A stretch of 64,000 nt of DNA from Nitrosopumilaceae archaeon (GCA_965203465.1 CBDBCR010000001.1:448001-512000); one strand, 5' to 3'. Shown: positions 1 through 10,606, counted from the first letter of the stretch. Program-made: numbers and translations. The notes: generated by a model not told the origin, from the sequence alone.

Positions 1-712
1 GCGGTACTCGGTGCAGGAGGTGCCGCGCCTCGGCGTGGCAATAGACGGGGGCGAGGCGCGCCCGGCGCTAAACGACGCGGCGGTCTTTCCTTCGCGCAGC
101 GCCATGCTCATGGAGCACACGCTGCGCGTCAACGGCCAGGACGTCTGGCACGACAGCGGCGACGGCGTGATCGTCTCCACGCCGATGGGCTCGTCGGCGT
201 ATTCCATGTCGGCCGGCGGGCCTATGATATTCCAGGAATCGCGCGTCTTTGGCGTGATCTCGGTCAACTCGCTGGACATCACGCGCCGGCCCTTGGTGGT
301 CTCGGACGGCTCGGTCATAGAGATGGGCGACATTTCGTCCCAGCTGCACTGCGAGGCGGTCATCGACGGCATCGCGCGCCACCCGGTCAAAAAGTCGGTC
401 TCTTGCTCGCTGATGCAGCCGCCGGCGCGCATCGTGCGGCTGCGCGACGACTCCGCTTCCATAACGGCGCTCGCGCGCAAGGTGGATCTTGCGGCCGAGC
501 TGCTGCGCATGCCGCCAAGCTCCAAACTTCTGCTAAAGACGCTAGAGTACGAGGGGGCCCTCACCCAGCGCGACCTTGCCAGCCGCACGATGCTGCCGCC
601 GCGCACCCTGAGGCTCTCGCTGCGCCACCTGCTCGACGGCGGGTACGTCAAGCGGCGCGTCTCGGCGCGCGACGGCAGGCAGAGGATCTACGAGATTGCC
701 GGGCTCGAATAA
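1..712 (+). CDS. NAD kinase with C-terminal winged-HTH domain (5' truncated by the window)
   Basis: ALND and GDGVIVSTPMGSSAYSMSAGG NAD-kinase motifs; C-terminal LTQRDLASRTMLPPRTLRLSL...DGRQRIY wHTH. Confidence 0.85.
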   Translation, partial: RYSVQEVPRLGVAIDGGEARPALNDAAVFPSRSAMLMEHTLRVNGQDVWHDSGDGVIVSTPMGSSAYSMSAGGPMIFQESRVFGVISVNSLDITRRPLVVSDGSVIEMGDISSQLHCEAVIDGIARHPVKKSVSCSLMQPPARIVRLRDDSASITALARKVDLAAELLRMPPSSKLLLKTLEYEGALTQRDLASRTMLPPRTLRLSLRHLLDGGYVKRRVSARDGRQRIYEIAGLE

Positions 713-1136
713 ATTGGGGGGCGCGGGGGACGCCGGCGTGCAGTGGACCGGCGGCCTGTTCGTGCGCCACGAGGGGGGCTTTGAGATGGTCATGCGGGCC
801 CTCAACCACTACAACAGGCGGCTGCGACGCATCTCGGAAAGCCCCGAGCTGGGCTCGGCCGGGGCCATGCTGGCCTCGGTGCTCCAGTCCGAATCCGCAA
901 AGACGGCGCCGAAACTGAAGGAGCTTGCCGCGCGCATGCGCGCCTCGCTGACAGACGACGCCGCGCTGGCCTCGCTGGAAAACGACCTGGACTTGGCGGG
1001 GCGCGCCATGTCCTGCTACGCCTCGGACCTGCGCAGGGCCGCGTCGGGCGACGAGTTCTGCGCCTCGCTGCTGAGGGACGCCGACGAGCCCGGGGCCGTC
1101 GAGGCCGCCCTGGAAAAGCTCAAAGGGTACTGCTAG
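696..1136 (+). CDS. Hypothetical protein (start probably nearer 738)
   Basis: ORF with host-like codon usage between the NAD kinase and convergent pyrG. Confidence 0.6.
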   Translation: MPGSNKLGGAGDAGVQWTGGLFVRHEGGFEMVMRALNHYNRRLRRISESPELGSAGAMLASVLQSESAKTAPKLKELAARMRASLTDDAALASLENDLDLAGRAMSCYASDLRRAASGDEFCASLLRDADEPGAVEAALEKLKGYC

Positions 1137-2716
1137 GAGGCGGCCCTGACGAACGCAGAGAACGCCTCCTCTGGGAAGCCGGGCCTGCTGTTGAACTCGG
1201 GGTGGAACTGCACGCCGAGGAAGAATTTTTTGGACGGTATCTCGAGCACCTCTATGCGCCCGTCGGCGCTGCTGCCGCTGAATTCCATCCCCTCCGATTC
1301 CATCTCTTGGGCGTAGCGCGGGTTTATCTCGTAGCGGTGCCGGTGCCTCTTTGTTATCCTCTCGGCGCCGTATATGCTCGCCGCCATCGAGCCTTCGCGC
1401 AGCCGTATCTCCTCTGCGCCGAGGCGCAGCGAGCCGCCCATCCGGTCCTCGCCGCCGCGGCCCGGCAGCAGGCCCACCACGGGGTGGGCCGTGCGCGGGT
1501 CTATCTCGGTCGAGTTTGCCTCGGCCCTGCCGCAGGCCGCGCGGCAGAACGCGACCGCGGCGAGCTGGAACCCGAAGCAAATGCCGAGGTACGGCACGTC
1601 CCTCTCCATCGCGTAGCGCGCGGCCGAGAGTATGCCGTCCGAGCCGCGCGTGCCGAACCCGCCGGGCACCAGTATCCCGTCGTACTTTTCCAGGTCCGGC
1701 TCGGCGCCGATCGCCTCGGAGTCGAGCCAGTCTATCGCGACGGGGCGGCCGGCGCGCGCGCCCGCGTGCCGCAGCGCCTCGTTCACGCTCACGTAGCTGT
1801 CCGCCAGCGTCACGTACTTGCCCACCATGGCTATGCGGACCGGCTCGCCGGAGGGCTGCGCGCCGACCACGCCGTTCCACGCGCTCCACCCGCGCGACGT
1901 ATCGACCAGCCCGATTACGCCGAACCTGCGCAGTATGGCGTCCTCGACGCCCTGCTCGTGCAGCATGGCCGGCACCTTGAAGACCGGATCGGCGTCGTGG
2001 CACGAGACCACGTCGCGCGCGGCCACGTTGGTGAACATGGCTATCTTGGACTTTGTCTTCTCTTCGAGCGGCTGCGAGCAGCGCACCGCCAGCATGTCCG
2101 GCTGTATGCCTATGCGGCGCAGCTCCTGCACGCTGTGCTGCGTGGGCTTTGTCTTCTGCTCGCCTACCACGTCCAGCGAGGGGGCCAGCGTGACGTGCAC
2201 GAACACGACGGCGCCCGGGCCGTCCTCGGCCCTTATCTGCCTGAGCGCCTCGAGGAACGGCAGGCTCTCGATGTCCCCGACGGTGCCGCCGCACTCGACT
2301 ACGAGCACGTCCAAATCCTCGTCCTTTGCCACGCCCCTTATGCGCCGCTTTATCTCGTCGGTGACGTGGGGTATTATCTGCACGCACGCGCCCAGGTACT
2401 CGCCTGCGCGCTCTGCCCTCAGCACGCTCGAATACACCTGCGCGGTGGTGATGTTGTGCGACCTGCGCATGTCCTGGTTGAGGAACCGCTCGTAGTTGCC
2501 TATGTCCATGTCGCACTCGCCGCCGTCCTCGGTCACGAAGACCTCGCCGTGGGCGACCGGGTTCATGGTGCCCGCGTCGTAGTTTAGGTACGGGTCTATC
2601 TTTACGCACGAGACCCGCTGGTTGGCAAGCTGGAGCAGCTTTGCTATCGAGGCGGTCGTGACGCCCTTGCCGAGCCCGGACATGACCCCGCCGGTCACAA
2701 AGACGTACCTCGTCAC
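1133..2716 (-). CDS. pyrG: CTP synthase
   Basis: YVFVTGGVMSGLGKG, KIDPYLN, GICFG and QFHPE motifs. Confidence 0.98.
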   Translation of the reverse strand: MTRYVFVTGGVMSGLGKGVTTASIAKLLQLANQRVSCVKIDPYLNYDAGTMNPVAHGEVFVTEDGGECDMDIGNYERFLNQDMRRSHNITTAQVYSSVLRAERAGEYLGACVQIIPHVTDEIKRRIRGVAKDEDLDVLVVECGGTVGDIESLPFLEALRQIRAEDGPGAVVFVHVTLAPSLDVVGEQKTKPTQHSVQELRRIGIQPDMLAVRCSQPLEEKTKSKIAMFTNVAARDVVSCHDADPVFKVPAMLHEQGVEDAILRRFGVIGLVDTSRGWSAWNGVVGAQPSGEPVRIAMVGKYVTLADSYVSVNEALRHAGARAGRPVAIDWLDSEAIGAEPDLEKYDGILVPGGFGTRGSDGILSAARYAMERDVPYLGICFGFQLAAVAFCRAACGRAEANSTEIDPRTAHPVVGLLPGRGGEDRMGGSLRLGAEEIRLREGSMAASIYGAERITKRHRHRYEINPRYAQEMESEGMEFSGSSADGRIEVLEIPSKKFFLGVQFHPEFNSRPGFPEEAFSAFVRAAS

Positions 2717-2748
2717 GGGCGCCGCCCGGGCAGCTCTTCTTTTGTACC

Positions 2749-3225
2749 TTACTTTTTGCTGTCCGAGACGGATGTGCCCGGGAAAAAGTCGGCCTCGCGC
2801 CCCTCCTCCAGGGCGTTCTTTATGGCCAGCACGGTGGTTATGGCCACGTTCTTGTACTTTTCGAACATGTCCATGGCCTCGACGGCCTCGCCGGTCTTCC
2901 AGGGCAGCAGCATGTTGCCCACGTACCCCCTTATGCGGTCCTCGGACGGCTCGAGCTTGTGGGCGAACTTGTTGCGTATGCGGTTCATCTGCTGGCCGTT
3001 GTAGTACAGCACGTCCGAGAGGAACCCCATGCCGTGCAGCAGCCTCAGCTTGAGCTCGGTCGGAAAGTAGTGCTCGTCGAGCAGGCTCTTCTGCCGGGGG
3101 AACTTTCTTTCTATGGCCGCGTCAAGATAGTGCTCCAAGTACAGGTGGGCCCGCACGAACAGCGTGATCTCCTTCTCGGCCCCGAGTATCTCCTTTATGA
3201 TGTCGTCGCGCACCGCGTCGCTCAT
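2749..3225 (-). CDS. Hypothetical protein, MtlR/HEPN-like (RNKFAH)
   Basis: ATG overlaps trpA stop (ATGA); RAHLYLE...RIRNKFAH contains an R-x4-H motif. Confidence 0.6.
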   Translation of the reverse strand: MSDAVRDDIIKEILGAEKEITLFVRAHLYLEHYLDAAIERKFPRQKSLLDEHYFPTELKLRLLHGMGFLSDVLYYNGQQMNRIRNKFAHKLEPSEDRIRGYVGNMLLPWKTGEAVEAMDMFEKYKNVAITTVLAIKNALEEGREADFFPGTSVSDSKK

Positions 3226-3974
3226 CTCGTAGCCTCCTTGAGGCGGCCGGCGAGGCCGGCCGGATCCGGCGACCTTATCAGGGCGCTGCCGACTATGACC
3301 GCGTCGGCGCCGGCGCGCACGCACGCGCGCACGTCTGCCGGCTCCGAGACGCCGAAGCCTATGCCGACGGGCAGCCCCGTCGACGCCCTGGCCCTGCGCA
3401 GCGCCGAGGCCGCGTGCGAGGCCACGCCGGCCCGCCCGCCGGTCGTGCCGTACGCTGCGACCACGTACACAAAGCCGCTCGAGGCAGAAGCTATGCGGGC
3501 CATGCGGGCGGGCTGCGTGTTGGGGGCCGCAAGGAATATCGTGTCCAGCCTGCCGCGCGCGGCCCTCCTGTACTCGGATTCCTCGGGGGGCATGTCGGGC
3601 ACCACCATGCCGTCGATGCCCGCCTCGGCGGCCTCGCCGGCGAACCTTTCGTAGCCGTGCCGGTGCAGCACGTTTGCGTACGTCATCAGTATCAGCGGCG
3701 CGTCGGTTTTTCCGCGTATCCTCTTGGCGGTCCTGAAGAACGCGGCGCGGCGCGCCCCCGCCTTTAGCGACTTTTCGGCCGCTTCCTGTATGACCGGCCC
3801 GTCGGCGAGCGGATCGGAGAACGGGAACCCCAGCTCGAGCATGTCGGCCCCGCCGCCTAGCAGCGAGAGGGCCGACTTTTCCGAGGCGCGCGCGGCGCCG
3901 GCCATGGTGTACGCTATCAGGGCACGCTCGCCCCTGCCGGACAGCTCAGAGAAGAGCTCGCCTATGCGCGTCAC
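3222..3974 (-). CDS. trpA: Tryptophan synthase alpha chain
   Basis: [23 protein letters not shown] and GFGVS motifs; GTG start overlaps trpB stop. Confidence 0.96.
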   Translation of the reverse strand: MTRIGELFSELSGRGERALIAYTMAGAARASEKSALSLLGGGADMLELGFPFSDPLADGPVIQEAAEKSLKAGARRAAFFRTAKRIRGKTDAPLILMTYANVLHRHGYERFAGEAAEAGIDGMVVPDMPPEESEYRRAARGRLDTIFLAAPNTQPARMARIASASSGFVYVVAAYGTTGGRAGVASHAASALRRARASTGLPVGIGFGVSEPADVRACVRAGADAVIVGSALIRSPDPAGLAGRLKEATR

Positions 3975-5140
3975 GGCCGCCCGCCCGAGTATTTCTGGAT
4001 CATCTCGACGTCCTTGTCCCCGCGACCCGACAGGGTCACCACTATGGTGTCGGACTTTTTGCCCCCGCGCGCCATCTTTACGGCCCCGGCCACCGCGTGG
4101 GCCGACTCGAGGGCCGGTATGATCCCCTCGGTCTCGGAGAGCGTCCTGAACGCGGCGACGGCCTCGGCATCGGTCACGGCAGAATACGAGGCCCTGCCCG
4201 TCTCCTTGAGGTGCGCGTGCTCGGGCCCCACGCCAGGGTAGTCGAGGCCCGCGGACAGGCTGTGCGTCTGGAGCACCTGCCCGTCGCCGTCCTGCAGCAG
4301 GTACGACTTCATGCCGTGCAGTATGCCGGCGCTGCCCGCCGAGAGCGTGGCCGAGTGGCGCCCGCCGCGCAGCCCCGAGCCGCCGGCCTCGAAGCCTGCG
4401 AGTTTCACCCCGTCGCGCAGCATCGGGTAGAACGACCCTATGGCGTTGGAGCCGCCCCCGACGCAGGCCACCACGGCGCCGGGCAGCCGGCCGGTCTGCG
4501 CGACCGACTGCGCCTTTATCTCCCTGCCTATTACGCTCTGAAAGTCCCTGACCATGCGGGGGTACGGGTGGGGCCCGACCGCCGAGCCCAAAAGGTAGTA
4601 CGTGCTCTTTACGTTGGCTATCCAGTCGCGTATGGCCTCGTTTATGGCGTCCTTTAGCGTCCGGGAACCGGACCGCACCGGCCTGACCGTCGAGCCGAGC
4701 AGCTCCATGCGGAACACGTTGAGCTTTTGCCTGACCGTGTCCTTGTGCCCCATGTACACCTCGGCGGACCTGCCGAGCGCCGCGCACGCCATTGCCGTGG
4801 CCACGCCGTGCTGCCCGGCGCCGGTCTCGGCGATTATCCTCTTTTTGCCCATCCTCTCGGCGAGCAGCGCCTGGCCGAGCGTGTTGTTTATCTTGTGGGC
4901 GCCGCCGTGCAGCAGATCCTCGCGCTTTAGGTATATGCGCGAGCCGCCCACCCTGCGCGTCAGGTTCTCGGCGTAGTGCAGCGGGGTCGGCCTGCCTGCC
5001 CCCCTCAGCAGCTTTGCCAGGCGGGCCCTGAAGCGCGGGTCGGCCCTGGCCTCGAGGTACTCGGATTCGAGCTCTTGGAGCGCGGGCACCAGCGTCTCTG
5101 GGACGTACGAGCCGCCGAACCTGCCGAACGCGCCCCTCAA
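3971..5140 (-). CDS. trpB: Tryptophan synthase beta chain
   Basis: [40 protein letters not shown]. Confidence 0.97.
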   Translation of the reverse strand: MRGAFGRFGGSYVPETLVPALQELESEYLEARADPRFRARLAKLLRGAGRPTPLHYAENLTRRVGGSRIYLKREDLLHGGAHKINNTLGQALLAERMGKKRIIAETGAGQHGVATAMACAALGRSAEVYMGHKDTVRQKLNVFRMELLGSTVRPVRSGSRTLKDAINEAIRDWIANVKSTYYLLGSAVGPHPYPRMVRDFQSVIGREIKAQSVAQTGRLPGAVVACVGGGSNAIGSFYPMLRDGVKLAGFEAGGSGLRGGRHSATLSAGSAGILHGMKSYLLQDGDGQVLQTHSLSAGLDYPGVGPEHAHLKETGRASYSAVTDAEAVAAFRTLSETEGIIPALESAHAVAGAVKMARGGKKSDTIVVTLSGRGDKDVEMIQKYSGGRP

Positions 5141-5880
5141 AGCGCGCCCACCATCTCGGATACGCGGGCGCCGATGTCGCCGGACATGACCGAGGTGCCC
5201 ACCAGCAGCGCGTCGGCCCCGCACGCGCGCAGGCGGCGCACGTCTTCTGCCGTCCGCACGCCGCTTTCGGCCACCAGGGGCGCCCCGGAGAACCCGCGCG
5301 CCAGTCTGCAGAACAGGCCGGGGTCTATCTTCAGCGTGTCCAGGTCGCGGCTGTTGACGCCGATGACGTCCGCGCCGGCCTGCCGCGCGCTCTCCATCTC
5401 TTTTCCGGTGTGCACTTCCAAGAGCACGTCCAGTCCCCTTTTATGTCCATGCTCGAGAAGCTCCGCCATGTTTTCGGCGTGGCCCGCGTCGAAGACCGCC
5501 TGTATGAGCAGCACGCAGTCGGCGCCGGCCGAGGCGCCCGCGTCTATCTGCTCTTTTTCCACCACGATGTCCTTCATCAGCAGCGGGACGTCCACCGCGC
5601 GCCGCGCGGCGGCCAGGTTCTCCACTGAGCCGCCGAACAGGTGCGGCTGCGTGAGCACCGATATGGCGCGCGCGCCGGCGCCGGCCATGGCCTCGGCCGC
5701 GCGGGCGGGGTCGCCCGACGCTATGCGTCCCATCGACGGGGATGCATACTTTATCTCGGCTATTATGGACGGCGAGGCCAGCGCGGCGGCCATGGACCGC
5801 GAGCCGGCCAGCCCGTGCCTTTTTTTGTACGCGCCCTCGTCGAGCGCCCTGTAAGAGTTGGCCACCAGCCGGGCCAGCAT
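5137..5880 (-). CDS. trpC: Indole-3-glycerol phosphate synthase
   Basis: [25 protein letters not shown]. Confidence 0.95.
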   Translation of the reverse strand: MLARLVANSYRALDEGAYKKRHGLAGSRSMAAALASPSIIAEIKYASPSMGRIASGDPARAAEAMAGAGARAISVLTQPHLFGGSVENLAAARRAVDVPLLMKDIVVEKEQIDAGASAGADCVLLIQAVFDAGHAENMAELLEHGHKRGLDVLLEVHTGKEMESARQAGADVIGVNSRDLDTLKIDPGLFCRLARGFSGAPLVAESGVRTAEDVRRLRACGADALLVGTSVMSGDIGARVSEMVGAL

Positions 5881-5881
5881 G

Positions 5882-6841
5882 TCAGCCGTTCCTTATCACC
5901 TCGAGCAGCTCGGGCCTCCCGGCGTCGGCCACGAACTCGTCCAGCTTTCTGGCCGCGGCCCCGGATCTTACCGCCTCGGCGGACATCCCGACGCCCTCTT
6001 TTACGGAAGAAGCGGCGCCGGCCACGAACAGGCCCGCGCCCGCGTTGAAGGCGGCCGTCTGCCAGACGGCCGGCGGCGCGGTGCCGTCTACGGCCCCCGC
6101 AAAGGCCGAAAGCGCCTCGGCCCTGCCGGACACGCGCAGCTCTTCGGGCCTGCAGCGCTGCAGCCCCACGTCCTCGGGCGAGACGGTGCCGCGCTCCGAG
6201 GCGCCGGCCGTTTCCAGCGCGTAGCTGCACGCGCAGCTTGCGACGAGCTCGTCGGCGCCGTCCTCCGAGCAGACGGCCATGGCCGTCTTTGCGCCCCTGC
6301 CGGCGAGCAGCCTGGCCATCCTTTCGGGGCCGAACCCCGGCGCCACCCCGACGAGCTGAGCCGCGACGCCGGCCGGGTTGGCCAGAGGGCCCAGCAGGTT
6401 GAACGCGGTGCGCCCGCCGGCCCTGCGCCTCGCGCCGGCCACGCGCTTCATGGCGGGGTGGAACCGGGGGGCGAACATGAAGCATATGCGGTGCCTCGAG
6501 AGCAGCTCTTGCACTCTGCGGGGGCCCGCGCCGAGGTCGCACCCGAGCGCCTCGAAGACGTCGGCGCTGCCGCACGCCCCCGAACTGGACCTGTTGCCGT
6601 GCTTTGCCACCGAGCAGCCGGCCGCCGCGGCCACGAAGGACGCCGCCGTCGATACGTTGAACGTGCCGGCGCCGTCGCCGCCGGTCCCGCACATGTCGAT
6701 GGCCTCGGCCGGGCCCCACCTGCACGCGCGCCCGTCCACCGCCTCGAGCATGCCGAGCAGCTCCTCGTCGGTCTCGCCCCTGTCGGCCATGGAGCGCAAA
6801 AGCTCGGCGCACTCGGCCTCGGGCATGTCCCCCGAGAGCAT
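5882..6841 (-). CDS. trpD: Anthranilate phosphoribosyltransferase
   Basis: DMCGTGGDG..TFNVST, KHGNRS.S..GSAD, FNLLGPLANP. Confidence 0.96.
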   Translation of the reverse strand: MLSGDMPEAECAELLRSMADRGETDEELLGMLEAVDGRACRWGPAEAIDMCGTGGDGAGTFNVSTAASFVAAAAGCSVAKHGNRSSSGACGSADVFEALGCDLGAGPRRVQELLSRHRICFMFAPRFHPAMKRVAGARRRAGGRTAFNLLGPLANPAGVAAQLVGVAPGFGPERMARLLAGRGAKTAMAVCSEDGADELVASCACSYALETAGASERGTVSPEDVGLQRCRPEELRVSGRAEALSAFAGAVDGTAPPAVWQTAAFNAGAGLFVAGAASSVKEGVGMSAEAVRSGAAARKLDEFVADAGRPELLEVIRNG

Positions 6842-6878
6842 GCGCGAGGCGGCCTCGCGCGCGCCGGCGCGGCCCAGC

Positions 6879-7472
6879 TCAGCCGTGGCGGCGCGCCTCC
6901 CGCAGGAAGTTTTCCAGTATTTTCTTGCCGTGCTCGGTCATGACCGATTCGGGGTGGAACTGCACGCCTACTATCGGGTGCTCTTTGTGGCGCACGGCCA
7001 TGACCTCGCCGTCGTCGGCCGCCGTGGCGGTCACCTCGAGCGAGTCGGGTATGGACGTCTTTTCGCCCACCAGCGAGTGGTAGCGCGTGGCGCGGAACGG
7101 ATCGGGGACCCCCTCGAAGAGGCCGTCGCCCGCGTGCCGTATCATGCTCGTCTTGCCGTGCCTCACGCAGCCGGCGTTTGCCACCCTGCCGCCGAACGCG
7201 TGTATTATCCCCTGGTGGCCCAGGCAGACGCCGAGCAGCGGCACGCGCGGGCCGGCCGAGCGTATTATGTCGGCGCACTGGCCAAAGTGCCTCTTTTGCT
7301 CGGGCGTGCCCGGGCCCGGCGATATCACCACGGCCCCGTACCCGCCCGAGGCCGCCTCTGCGGCCGTCACCCTGTCGTTGCGCACGACTTGCGGCTCGGC
7401 GCCAAGCTCGCCTAGGTACTGCGCTATGTTGTACACGAACGAGTCGTAGTTGTCCACGACGAGCACCCTCAA
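6879..7472 (-). CDS. trpG: Anthranilate synthase component II
   Basis: VDNYDSF, ISPGPG, GVCLGHQ, QFHPES; TTG start overlaps trpE stop. Confidence 0.96.
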   Translation of the reverse strand: MRVLVVDNYDSFVYNIAQYLGELGAEPQVVRNDRVTAAEAASGGYGAVVISPGPGTPEQKRHFGQCADIIRSAGPRVPLLGVCLGHQGIIHAFGGRVANAGCVRHGKTSMIRHAGDGLFEGVPDPFRATRYHSLVGEKTSIPDSLEVTATAADDGEVMAVRHKEHPIVGVQFHPESVMTEHGKKILENFLREARRHG

Positions 7473-8818
7473 GGCGGGCCCCCCCGCAGCGCCTGGATCA
7501 TGGCGCCGGCCTTGTCCTGCGTCTCCTGCAGCTCGTTTTCCGGCACCGAATCCGAGACGATGCCGGCGCCCGACTGCACGTAGCCGCGCGCGCCGTCGAT
7601 GAATATGCTGCGTATGGCTATGGCAAAGTCGCAGCACCCGTTGAACCCAAAGTACCCCACGGCCCCCGCGTACCCGCCGCGCGGGCCCGGCTCGAGCTCG
7701 TCGATTATCTCCATGGCCCGCACCTTGGGGGCCCCCGAGACGGTGCCTGCAGGAAAGACCGACCTGAACGCGTCGAACATGTCGCGGCCCGGCTCGAGCT
7801 CGCCGGTTATGTGGCTGACTATGTGCTGCACGTGGCTGAAGCGCCTGATGGCAAACGACTCCCGGGGCCTGACGGTGCCGTACCTGCAGACCCTGCCCAC
7901 GTCGTTCCTGCCCAGATCGACGAGCATGGTGTGCTCGGCCCTCTCTTTTTCGTCCGCGAGCAGCTCCGAGGCCAGCCGCGCGTCCTCTTTCTCGTCGCCC
8001 GTGACCGGGCGCGTGCCCGCTATGGGGAACGTCTCGACCGTGGAGCCGGAGACGCGCACGAGCATCTCGGGCGAGGCGCCCACCGTGCGCCTCTTGCCGT
8101 GCCTGACGTGGTACATGTACGGCGACGGGTTGAGCCGGCGCAGGCGGGAGTACAGCTCCAGCTCGTCGCCCTCCGCGTCGAACGAAAACCTGCGCGACAG
8201 CACCACCTGGAAGACGTCGCCGTCGTGCACGTACTCTTTGGCCTTTCGGACCGAGTTTATGTAATGGCCGGGGGCCTCCTCGGCCCGGGCCTCGGCGGCG
8301 GCGAACTTCCCAAAGCCGGGCTCTTGGCAGAGGGTGCCGGACCTGTCCTGGCCGTAGTGAAAGTAGAACGCCCTGCCCCGCGCGTTGTCGTAGAGCACGC
8401 CGTCGTCGTATATGCCGAACTCGAAGAGCGGGCCCGCCTCGCCGTGCGAATCGGGTATCTTTTCGAGCAGGCGGACCGCGCCGTAGCTTACCGTGCCCAC
8501 CGCGCCCCCCAAATACCTGTACGAGCGGTCCGGGTTGCTGCCCAGCATCTTTTTGAGCTCGTCGAGCGGATCGGCGCAGTCCAGCGTGCGGGACCTGCCG
8601 CCCCTCTCCGAGATCTCCAGCCTGCCGGGGTACCCGCGGACCAGCGCGGCCGGATCGAATCCCATGACCGAGGTCTCTGCTAGCTCGCCGGGGCCGGTCA
8701 GCGATTCGAACAGGAAAGAGTGGGAGCAGCCGCGCGCCGCGGCGCTGTACATTTCGAACTGGTCGCGCCGCGTCTCAAGCGGCACGAGGCGAGGTGCCCC
8801 GTCTCCAAAGGCGTCCAC
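7469..8818 (-). CDS. trpE: Anthranilate synthase component I
   Basis: NPSPYM, GASPE, PIAGT, EHTMLVDLGRND, FPAGTVSGAPK. Confidence 0.96.
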   Translation of the reverse strand: MDAFGDGAPRLVPLETRRDQFEMYSAAARGCSHSFLFESLTGPGELAETSVMGFDPAALVRGYPGRLEISERGGRSRTLDCADPLDELKKMLGSNPDRSYRYLGGAVGTVSYGAVRLLEKIPDSHGEAGPLFEFGIYDDGVLYDNARGRAFYFHYGQDRSGTLCQEPGFGKFAAAEARAEEAPGHYINSVRKAKEYVHDGDVFQVVLSRRFSFDAEGDELELYSRLRRLNPSPYMYHVRHGKRRTVGASPEMLVRVSGSTVETFPIAGTRPVTGDEKEDARLASELLADEKERAEHTMLVDLGRNDVGRVCRYGTVRPRESFAIRRFSHVQHIVSHITGELEPGRDMFDAFRSVFPAGTVSGAPKVRAMEIIDELEPGPRGGYAGAVGYFGFNGCCDFAIAIRSIFIDGARGYVQSGAGIVSDSVPENELQETQDKAGAMIQALRGGPP

Positions 8819-8855
8819 CCATGGGTGGGCGGCGGCCGCGGTTCATATTTAAACC

Positions 8856-9314
8856 GTGGACAGCGGCCCCGGCCCGGGGCGCTTTGCAAATGTTAATTAC
8901 CGTGTGCCCCGCCGGCGCCCCGTGGCATCCTCGCCGTCGGCAAAGTGGGAATCCAAGGTCAGCGCGCTGCGCAAAAAGTGCCAGGCTGCGGCCTCGCTGT
9001 CCGCCAAGATAAGGTACGTGGGCGTGATCAACGAGTTCGGGCGCACCATGACCGGGGCGCTGCGCCCGGGCACCGTGCCCATACTGGACAAGCGCCACAC
9101 GCACAACGAGTTCTTCATCATGTCGAGCCTGCTGAACATGCGCAGCGGGTCGGTCAGGCCGCTTGGTAGGCTCGACCACATGACGCTGCAGCACGACAAG
9201 GTCTACGTGGTGGTGATACCTGACGGGCGCAACATCTTTTACGTCTCGATAGACGTGGACGTGCGCAACATATCGAACCTGATACTAAAGATCAAGAAAA
9301 AGATATCCGGCTAG
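8856..9314 (+). CDS. Conserved thaumarchaeal roadblock/longin-like protein (DUF6659-like; start possibly about 8922)
   Basis: KIRYVGVINEFGR...G.LRPG pattern. Confidence 0.6.
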   Translation: MDSGPGPGRFANVNYRVPRRRPVASSPSAKWESKVSALRKKCQAAASLSAKIRYVGVINEFGRTMTGALRPGTVPILDKRHTHNEFFIMSSLLNMRSGSVRPLGRLDHMTLQHDKVYVVVIPDGRNIFYVSIDVDVRNISNLILKIKKKISG

Positions 9315-9316
9315 CC

Positions 9317-9721
9317 TCAGATCGGGGTGAACCCGTGGTATCCGCCGGTCTGCTGCGTCTGATCTTCGAACTTTGGCTCGAACAGCGAGACGTGGTACCC
9401 GTCCGGATCCTCTACTATGGCGTGCTTGCCAGCGGTCCTGTCGGTTATGTCCTTGTGGACGCGCGCGCCCTTTGCCTTCAGCTCGCCTAGCGCCGACTCT
9501 ATGTCGCCCACCAGGAACCCGACCATGATGCCGCCGCCCCGGCCGCCCTCGGAGTCGAGCGAGGCGGGGTGGAGGCTGAGCAGCGCGCCGCCGGTACCCA
9601 GGTCCACCCACGAGCGCCGCTGGTTGCGGATGGGGAGCCCTATGGTGCCGTGGTAAAAGTCGATGGACCTGTCCAAGTCCTCGACGGCCAGTATCACGTT
9701 GCCTACTTTTTTGACGTTCAC
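9317..9721 (-). CDS. VOC/glyoxalase family protein
   Basis: VILAVEDLDRSIDFY...EDPDGY. Confidence 0.9.
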   Translation of the reverse strand: MNVKKVGNVILAVEDLDRSIDFYHGTIGLPIRNQRRSWVDLGTGGALLSLHPASLDSEGGRGGGIMVGFLVGDIESALGELKAKGARVHKDITDRTAGKHAIVEDPDGYHVSLFEPKFEDQTQQTGGYHGFTPI

Positions 9722-9758
9722 TGGGTACCCCCTCCGTGCCGGGCCATAAAAACCGAAC

Positions 9759-9977
9759 CTACTGTACCTCCACCATGGTCTCGGTCCTCTCCACGCCGCG
9801 TATCCTCTGGATCTCGGTGATTACCTCCTTTATCTGGGCCAGCGTGTCCGCCTCTATGACGGCCACCGCGTCGAACTGCCCGCTGGTCGGAAACGAGTCG
9901 CGCACCCCGGCGGTCTTGCGCAGCCGGGCCGCGATCAGCTTTTTGGGCGAGTTTACCAGCACGACCGCCTTTACCAA
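9759..9977 (-). CDS. Lrp/AsnC ligand-binding-domain-only protein
   Basis: KAVVLV...SGQFDAVA...GVERTET RAM-domain pattern. Confidence 0.85.
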   Translation of the reverse strand: MVKAVVLVNSPKKLIAARLRKTAGVRDSFPTSGQFDAVAVIEADTLAQIKEVITEIQRIRGVERTETMVEVQ

Positions 9978-10210
9978 CCCAGGTTCACCTCCACCTCTAT
10001 GAGGGTCTCTGTGGTCTCTATCTCCTTGACCCTTTTGAGGTCGATGACGGTCTTGTTTATCTCGTCCATGGAGCCGGAGAGCATGAGGCAGATGTCGGCC
10101 CTGCCCGCCACCACCATTATCTCCTTGGATATGCGCCGCCTCTTCCTGAGAACGGCGGTGACCGTGTCCACCTGCCCCGGCTTTACCGAGATCATGCACA
10201 GCGCCCTCAC
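9971..10210 (-). CDS. Lrp/AsnC ligand-binding-domain-only protein
   Basis: RALCMISVKPG...AGRADI...IETTETL. Confidence 0.85.
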   Translation of the reverse strand: MRALCMISVKPGQVDTVTAVLRKRRRISKEIMVVAGRADICLMLSGSMDEINKTVIDLKRVKEIETTETLIEVEVNLGW

Positions 10211-10246
10211 GGGTACCTGTATGGGGGCCGGCAGTGATAAGGTTTG

Positions 10247-10414
10247 CTAGTCGGACGCCTCTTGCGAGCGCGCCTCCTCCAGGTACGCCCGCCTCTCCTC
10301 GTTGACCTTGTCCTGGTCTATGGACAGGTCGTCGTCTACTATGACGATGCCGCTGTCCGGCGAGGGGTCAGAGCTCTTGGGCTTTTTGGCCTTTTTCTCC
10401 TTTTTGGCAGCCAT
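10247..10414 (-). CDS. Small basic/acidic hypothetical protein (55 aa)
   Basis: MAAKKEKK...EERRAYLEEARSQE; TATA-like TTTAATAA upstream. Confidence 0.65.
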   Translation of the reverse strand: MAAKKEKKAKKPKSSDPSPDSGIVIVDDDLSIDQDKVNEERRAYLEEARSQEASD

Positions 10415-10462
10415 CGTGCGGCTCTTTTTGCCCGCCGCGTTATTAAAACTTGACCGGAGTCG

Positions 10463-10563
10463 GGCTTTGTTCGGCAATTCGTATTTTCGTGCCTGCGCAG
10501 TAGCCGGATCGGCCAAAAAACGGCTCCGTTCAGGCACGGATCGCGGAATTACCGAACAAAGCC
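10463..10563. mobile_element. MITE copy 1 (101 bp, 18-bp imperfect terminal inverted repeats)
   Basis: GGCTTTGTTCGGCAATTC ... GAATTACCGAACAAAGCC; near-identical to 38954-39055. Confidence 0.9.
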
Positions 10564-10606
10564 CCTCTGCGCTGACCTTTATTACGGCGCCGCGCGGGCC
10601 GGGGCC

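Noticed and set aside
648-2609. Long Arg/Gly/Ala-rich alternative-frame ORFs (also 10843-13023, 19567-21822, 39182-40834, 59970-62297)
   Set aside because: Expected shadow ORFs in very GC-rich DNA overlapping well-supported genes
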